A stretch of DNA of 64,000 nucleotides, taken from the human T2T-CHM13v2.0 reference genome, Homo sapiens. Location: assembly GCF_009914755.1 (NCBI RefSeq), contig NC_060946.1; one strand, written 5' to 3'. The notes beneath the pieces were generated by a model. That model ran no database searches and was not told the DNA's origin. It was given only the letters and a program-made list of their open reading frames with translations. How positions within the stretch are numbered: position 1 is the stretch's first letter; every line of letters begins with the position of its first letter. Below are positions 56,762-64,000 of the stretch, piece after piece. The position numbers were made by a program, and so were the translations under genes.

Positions 56762-59061
56762 GTCAGTGACCAGATCATGAGGCTAGGCTGGCTGCAGGGA
56801 TGACTGGGGTGACTCCAGCTCAGCAAGCTCTTCAGTGGGCCACTTTGGGGTTTCCCTGTCCATTGCAAAGAGACCAGGGAAAACGGAATGAGAGGGTGGT
56901 TTAGCACTTTGCTGTTGTTAGGAAAGGCAGGTTTTCCATAAAAAGAAGAGCAGAGGAGAAGGCCTCTTTTCCAAAGTCCTCTGGGAGGGTTATTGGTAAA
57001 GGGTTATTAGAGAAGGTACGAAGTGTCCATCTGGACCCTGGTGTGCAGGGCAAGGAGGCGCAACCTGGCTCCATCCTGTTGGTTTTGTGCTGCCCCCTTT
57101 CACAGCCCCAGAGTGTGTACTCTTGCTGCTTCCACTGCAGGCTTCTTAACTATGGTTGCCTTCTTGGGGACAAGTAATAGAAAAACTCAAGCCAGAGTTC
57201 TCTTTTTTGCTCTGATGCAGTGCACTGTTAGCAGTAGCGATTGTCATGATAGTACATGTAGAAGAGCTCATTGCACATGAAGCTCATGCTCTCTTCCTGT
57301 GGAACCCTGTTTGGCTTTCTCTTAAAATGTAGTGATTGCCTGGAGCCTCTCAAGGGGCCTTCTACATTTGTAAAGTTTGATGCACTTGATTAAGAGGGAA
57401 TATTTTTTCCTACCTAGGAGGTAAGCCTTGGGTGAAGGTCAAAAGGAGGCTACCCTCTGTGGCAGACCTGCATCTAAAGGGTTCAGAGTAGCATCTGTAG
57501 GCACACTTTCTGGAAGGACTCAGAGGCCAGGCTGTGATAGCTGCCCTTGAGCCATGGGTGAGCACAGAGCCACCCTAACTCAGGGAAAACCAGAGAATTC
57601 CACCTTGTCAGGATCCATCTGGCCAAGAAGAGAAGGGACTGGGTGTGAGTGGAAAAGCCAGTTTGCAAGACTTGTGTAGATTGTGTGAAAGGTTCTCACA
57701 GAACTTCTTTTGCTTAGCCTGTGGTTTCTTCCAGTCAGGGAGCCATGTGGCAGAGCCCTGGCCGTCCTCTTGGGGTGACTGGGAACCAGTGTGATAGAGC
57801 AGACCTATCTATGCTCAGTCTGGCTGAGTGCTTACTGCGCCACAGTTCAGGTTTCCTCGTCTGTTCCCCTACTTCCACATCTGAAAAGTGAGGGTGATAA
57901 AACCCACCTGTCTTTGCATGGCACCTCTCACCTGACAGCCCCTTATTCAACAGAATTAAGGCTCATGGCAGCTTAACTGGGCCTCCCTCCAACCTTCATA
58001 CCTGCCTGTTTAGAGGGTATCAACCCATCAGCCTGGCCCATTAGGCAACCCTGCCACAGAGGCGTGGTCTCCCGTGGGATTGGCCCCAGTGCCAGGAAAG
58101 CACTTGATGGCTTGATCCTGGGCTCCAGGCCTTGGCCACTTTCGTTCTGGCCTTAACAGGCAGGTGCTAGGCGAGACTTGGTGCTTAGTCTGCTCTTCTG
58201 TGCTAGCAGTGCATTAAGGACGATTGGCATGTGTGAGGGTGGCGTCTGTCCATTTGATTGCTGCCTTTTCTGTTCTTTGTACTAGCATTCAGCAAGTCTC
58301 AGACTATCAAGTGCTCAGAGATCATCTTAGTCTTGGTGTCTCTGTGGCCATTCCTCCTCTCAGACAGGTTTCTGTGTTCTCACTATCAGTTTCTTTCGGG
58401 TGGTCTCAGAATGGTAGGGTCTCAGCCATCATGTGGTCCCTCACTTTTCATTTTACTGCTGAGAACTGAGCTGGAAGGGGCAGGATCTGCTCAGGGTCCC
58501 AGAGAGAGAATGGGGTAGAAGCTGGGTTGCTGGGGTCCAGGGGTCTCTGCTGCCCATGATTCTGGTTGGCAAATGTGCTAATGACAGGCTCTGCCAGCAC
58601 AGAAGTAGGTAAGATCACACCTGGCTGAGGGTCTTCCTGGTGCTTTAGCTGGACTGCTGCTGCCTTGCCTTGTAGAGCACTCCTTTTCCTCTCCACCAGA
58701 GCTGTTCTGTGGGCAACCCCTCAAAGCAGGGGAACAGAGTCCAAGAGCTCATCCATTAGAGTACTTACTGCATGCCTATTAGGCGCTGGGTGATTAAAAT
58801 ACATTTTGTCTCATAATGCCCACAGCTCTTCTCTTGAGGTAGGTCTTCTTAGCCCTGTGTCACAGGTTAGGAATGAAGGCTCAGAGACATGACTGGTCTG
58901 GGTCATGGTCATGGCATTAGTGAGTGGCAGAGTTGGGCTCTGAGCCCTGGTGTGGGAAGGGAGTTTCCATGGGGTCCATCTGCCTGTCCACTAGGCTGTC
59001 ATTATCTTCCATGCTTTTCATGTAGTGTTGTTTTTAGCTGGTGCTTTTGTTACCACCACAG

Positions 59062-59323
59062 GTTTGATTCCTGGGCAGGCATGGCTCTGGCCCGGGCCAG
59101 CCGCATTCAGGACAAGCTGAACTCCAATGAGCTGAAGAGTGATGGGCCCATTTGGAAGCATGCCACGCCCGTCTTGAACTGCTTCCGTCGGGCCCTGGAG
59201 ATTGACAGCTCCAACTTGTCCCTATGGATTGAGTATGGCACCATGTCCTATGCCTTGCACTCATTCGCCTCACGTCAATTGAAGCAGTGGAGAGGCGAGC
59301 TGCCCCCTGAGCTCGTGCAGCAG
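59062..59323 (+). CDS. CABIN1: Exon 23 (c.3264-3525) [10 protein letters not shown]...ELVQQ, TPR-like
   Basis: ccacag|GTTT ... CAG|gtgagg; 262 nt. Confidence 0.95.
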
Positions 59324-59937
59324 GTGAGGAGGGGGTGCTGCAGATGGGCTTGCCATCCTTCTGTCCAGACAGAGTGCCCTCAGGTCAACGAAGCTCTGTC
59401 TCATTCGTACTTTATTCTTGTCCACACATCCATGCTGGGAGCTCACTGACGAATCTCCCCATGAGGCTTAAGCCATACCATGGTCAGTGACAACTTGGTC
59501 CCTGGTCTTTGGACACCCAGTCTAGTGTAGACAAATTAGGGACAGGCTGTTAGACCCAGCTGGTCAGCCATTAGTTATAGTGTAGTTGAGAGATAGGGAG
59601 GGGAGAGGTGTTGGCCACCAGAAGTAGCTATTTCTTCCCTGTTCCCTCAAAGGAGCTTGTTGGATCCTTGTAAAATTCTTGAGCTTAGGTTGGGATTTTT
59701 GAAGTCTCTCTTGGTAGGGGATTACACTAGTGCAGGATACTGAGTCTGGCCCTTAGGTCTCTGTTCAGTAGGGTACCCTTGGCTCCTTGAGATGGAAGTG
59801 AAGGAGCCATACTGACATGTTTAGGCTAGTGCAGCAGTAGCAGTAGTGCAGTAGCACTGCACCCTAGAGAGGATAGGGGAAAGAAGTGTCAGCACCGCCT
59901 CCTCTTTAACATTACCGTCTTTAAAAAAATTACTCTT

Positions 59938-60228
<291 letters not shown>

Positions 60229-63192
60229 TTACTCTTAAATCTTACAAGGGACACAGGCTTCTCTAAATCAGTTGCAGTATACAATATTAAGGGCAAAGCT
60301 CAAATCCCTCTGGCTGCCCCTACTACCTCAGAAACAGGCTTGTTTCTTTCCAGACTGTAAAAAAAAGTACTTTTTATACATAAATATGTACTCCTAGAAA
60401 AAAACACCAATCTAAATGCTATCACACTGTGTATGGTACTCAGCTTCCTTTTTCACTCAGCACCACACTGTTGAGTTCTATCCATGATAATTCCTGTGGA
60501 TCTAGTACATTCCTTTTAACTGCTGTAACCCTATTTTATTGTAACTGTTCTGCACTAAAGTCCCTTGCGGGATTCTGTTTGTGTTGCAGTGGCCCCAGAG
60601 TTGGGCAGGCTGGGGACTGAAGCTGCTGCCCTAGGATGCAGAGCCTGACTCCCCAAGAGGCCTTCCTTGTAACAGCAGGAGCACCATTATCCTCTGCTGG
60701 GGCTCAGTGGGCTGAGCTGATCATGGTTCTTGGGATTTTCTCCCTAATCTCCCACCAATGATGGCAAATGAGATTTGGCAGAGTGGGAGTTTTCCAGGAA
60801 ATAAATAGGGTGAGAAGTCAGAGTTCCCTTTCTGCCATTGGCACTTGTTTGTAGAGCTTTGTTTGTAGAGGTTCCCCCAGGAAGGGAGCAGGGAAGTCAG
60901 GGAGTGGGTAAGGAGACTGAGCTCAAGTTTCCACATACTTTTTCCCTTTGCTTTGTTCTTTCCTCTACTTAGGCTCATAACCTTTGGGACTGAACTCAGT
61001 GTTGATCTTATGGAAGCCATTGGCCCAGGAAGCTCAGGTCCTGAAACTGGGTTCCCAAGCCATCTTGTTGGAGTGTTAGGGTGGCAGGAGAGAGATGGAA
61101 ATCCACCAGGAATGCAGATGTCCCGACAGGGAGGGAGGGAAGGTAGGGGGAGGTGTTTCATAGTTGCCGAGGGTGAAAACTACCTTGCAGAGCTGCCTTG
61201 TGCCTCCTGGGTTTTTTCCACCTCTGGAGAGACAGCTTCCAACCCTGAAATGTGTCACGAGGACACAGTCCCCTGATTGCTACTTTTCTGTCTGGATTTA
61301 TTGTGTCTGGAGGATGGGCTGCAGGACACATGTTGGCAGCTGTTCGAGCTGCTGTGTGCTTCAGCTTTTGCCCAGAAACTCCTCAGAGGTGGTGGTGTAG
61401 GAGAACAAATGCTTTCCCCATGATGTCAGTTCTCAGGCAAGGGGAAAGGCTTTGGAGCCAGAGCGTTCTAGCTGTATGACCTGGAAGCAGTAACCTGACA
61501 TTCCTGTTGTGGTTCCTTCTCCAAGGCAGTATTGTGAGAGTTCATTGGGAACACCTGCCATCAGCCATTTCCTGAGCCCCTCTCATGGGCACCCCATATG
61601 CAAGGTGAATGAGGTGCCTATTCTGCTCTGAGGATGGCAAGGTAGTGAGATGGTGTCTAGTAGAGCTTCTGAAACACAGCAGGCCCTCAGTGACTGTCCC
61701 TCCTTTTCCTGTCTGAGGTATTGTGACCTCCACACCACAAGGACAGGGACATTGGCATTGTGCCCTGTATGGGGAAGGGGTGGGGGCTTAGCCTCTTCCC
61801 AAGGGTCTGCATGGTACCAGATGCCAGCCCAGATGGGCCACTTCACAGCTACCCTTTCTTTCTTGGCAGGTGGCTGTTACAGGTGCCAGTGGCAGAACAG
61901 GGTGGGCAGGGGGGCTAGTGACTTGGTCCAGGTCACACAGCTACAAAGCAATTCAAGTAGAAGGACATCCTTTTAGCCATTGCCTTTTACTTCAGCACAT
62001 TTGCCACAGAATCCCATCTTGAAGGGGATGTGATGGAGTCACTTGGTTGGTCCCGTGTTTGACCCTGCACTGTGATGCTTTCCACTGTATTTCACCCATT
62101 GATGATCTCCCACTTCCTGTGTGGTCATTTTTTTTTTTTTTTTTTTTTCCTGAGAAGTGTCTAACAGAGCACTGGGTAGCACATTGCTCCCTTATTTCAG
62201 TCCTGGGGCCATTGCTACAGGGTTTTCACATAAACAAGCACCCACTGGAGAGACATCCAAGGGCCGGCTCAACCTGGCTGGATGAGAACATGAGGCACTT
62301 CCTGCAGGCCACAGCAGCTGCCCTTGCCAGAGACTAGTGCCTGCAGACTCATCCCCTCTCACTGGCCCCTGAGGTCAGGCAAGAAGAGACTTTGGCTTCC
62401 CTGCTATCAATCCAGGACCACAGAGAGGAGGGATCAGAGACCTGGGCTGCTCAGAGCAGCTCTGTGGGCTTGCACATGCAGGCTTCTCTCTAGCTTCCAG
62501 CCCAGAGTTCTGGAATCAGGGGTCATGAATTTGGCTGGCAGCTGACCAGTATTGGAAAGTAGTGCCTCTTAAAAGGTGACCCTCTTTTCCTTCCTTCCTA
62601 GCTAGCTGTTTCCTTCCTTCAGGCTGTGAGAGGGTGGCTGGAGGTGCTTGCTGCAAATGCAGACTCCCAGTCAGTGGCTCTTAAGTGGGGCTCAGGAATT
62701 TGCCCTTCTACAAGTACTCCACATCTGTCTTAAAGAGCACAGAGGAGATGGTGGGAAGTCCTCTTGTACCCCAGGGGTACACACCCTCTCCTGTGCAGTG
62801 GAACTGGGTGCTAAATACATGCCCTCTTCAGTGCCGTAGGGCTGGGTGCTGAGTGTTAGTAAATGTCCTCTCCAGTGCTGTGGAGCAGGGTGCTAGGTGA
62901 ATCTGCATTAGATGCTGCAGGGGGAAAGCAGAAAAAAGTACCCTGGTTGACATGGGGTGACCTGAGTTTAAGTCCTGCTCTATGCCTTGCTTGGTGGGCG
63001 CTTTTGAGAAACCCCTAGGCCTTTCTACACTTCGGTGTCACCAGCTGTGAAATGGTGAGGGCATTTCTGTGTCTTGGTTGTTAAGAGGAGTATAAACTTG
63101 CAAATAGGTCGGCAGAGCTTTGTACAGGAAAAAGTCTGATCCCTGGGCAGGTTCAGGCGTAAGGCCAGCCCAGTCTCATGATCTTCTTACAG

Positions 63193-63453
63193 ATGGAGGG
63201 CCGGCGCGACAGCATGCTAGAGACAGCCAAGCACTGTTTCACATCAGCAGCCCGCTGCGAGGGTGATGGTGACGAGGAGGAGTGGCTCATCCACTACATG
63301 CTGGGCAAGGTGGCTGAGAAGCAGCAGCAGCCACCCACCGTTTACTTGCTGCACTACAGGCAGGCTGGCCACTACCTGCACGAGGAGGCTGCCCGCTACC
63401 CCAAGAAGATCCACTACCACAACCCACCTGAGCTGGCCATGGAGGCCCTGGAG
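63193..63453 (+). CDS. CABIN1: Exon 24 (c.3526-3786) MEGRRDSML...MEALE
   Basis: cttacag|ATG ... GAG|gtgaca; 261 nt. Confidence 0.95.
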
Positions 63454-64000
63454 GTGACACCATGCTGGCCCAGGGCGGGGAAGCAGGGCAGGGGCAGGCT
63501 GGTTTCTTTATCTCCCTGGGCATGTGGCTCAAGGTTCCAGTGACCGTCCTTCAACCTGCCGCAAACTTATCTGTGTTGAGCAGCTTCATGTGCAATTGAA
63601 TTAAAACATCATTTCCTCTCTTTTCCCAAGGGGTGTTTATCATCCTTTCTGGGAGAGTGACCATTTTGTTCTTATCTCTCAGAAGAAAATTGTCTTTCCT
63701 CACTAACACAGGTTCTAAGAACCTGACCTTGGTGATGACAGTCAGTGCTACATAGCATCTCCCAGGCCCAGGACATTCACACCCTGTAGCCTGGCAGGAG
63801 GGAGGGCAGGCACCATTGCCTCCAGGGTGCAAATGAGACATCCAAAGCCCAGCCTGTGCCCAGGCTACCCAGGTTGGCAGGGGCTGAGCTAGGGTGAGCA
63901 GCCTGCTCTCTTGACCCCCAGTTTGGAGTCTTCTGATTGTTGTTCAAGAAAAGAGCAGTTCTTTACTCCCTGGATTTTCTCTCATGGTTTCCAGAGTGTT

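Overview
Human-type (hominoid) genomic DNA, entirely within one plus-strand gene that I recognise as CABIN1 (calcineurin-binding protein 1, TPR scaffold of the HIRA/UBN1/CABIN1 H3.3 chaperone complex). I assembled 23 exons by hand (numbered 2-24, assuming a non-coding exon 1 upstream of the window). All have GT-AG boundaries with matching phases and give an uninterrupted 3786-nt frame (codons 1-1262, [11 protein letters not shown]...ELAMEALE) that continues past the window end. Introns hold about 25 Alu-family elements, a full-length antisense SVA with TSD, a MaLR provirus remnant, MLT2 and MER21/77-type LTRs, MER1B/MER58 DNA transposons and old L1/L2/MIR fragments. Most ORFs in the supplied track are repeat artefacts. 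I found no convincing new gene or biological system. The best leads are post-transcriptional: a (GT)32 tract between the only available branch-point A and the exon 6 acceptor, a textbook intronic poly(A) site after exon 6, two uORFs around the ATG at the end of exon 2, a candidate poison exon behind a CA-rich tract, competing donors in exons 8/12/17, an HMGN-like RRSAR motif, and tightly spaced inverted Alus. Repeat subfamily calls and boundaries are by eye and approximate.
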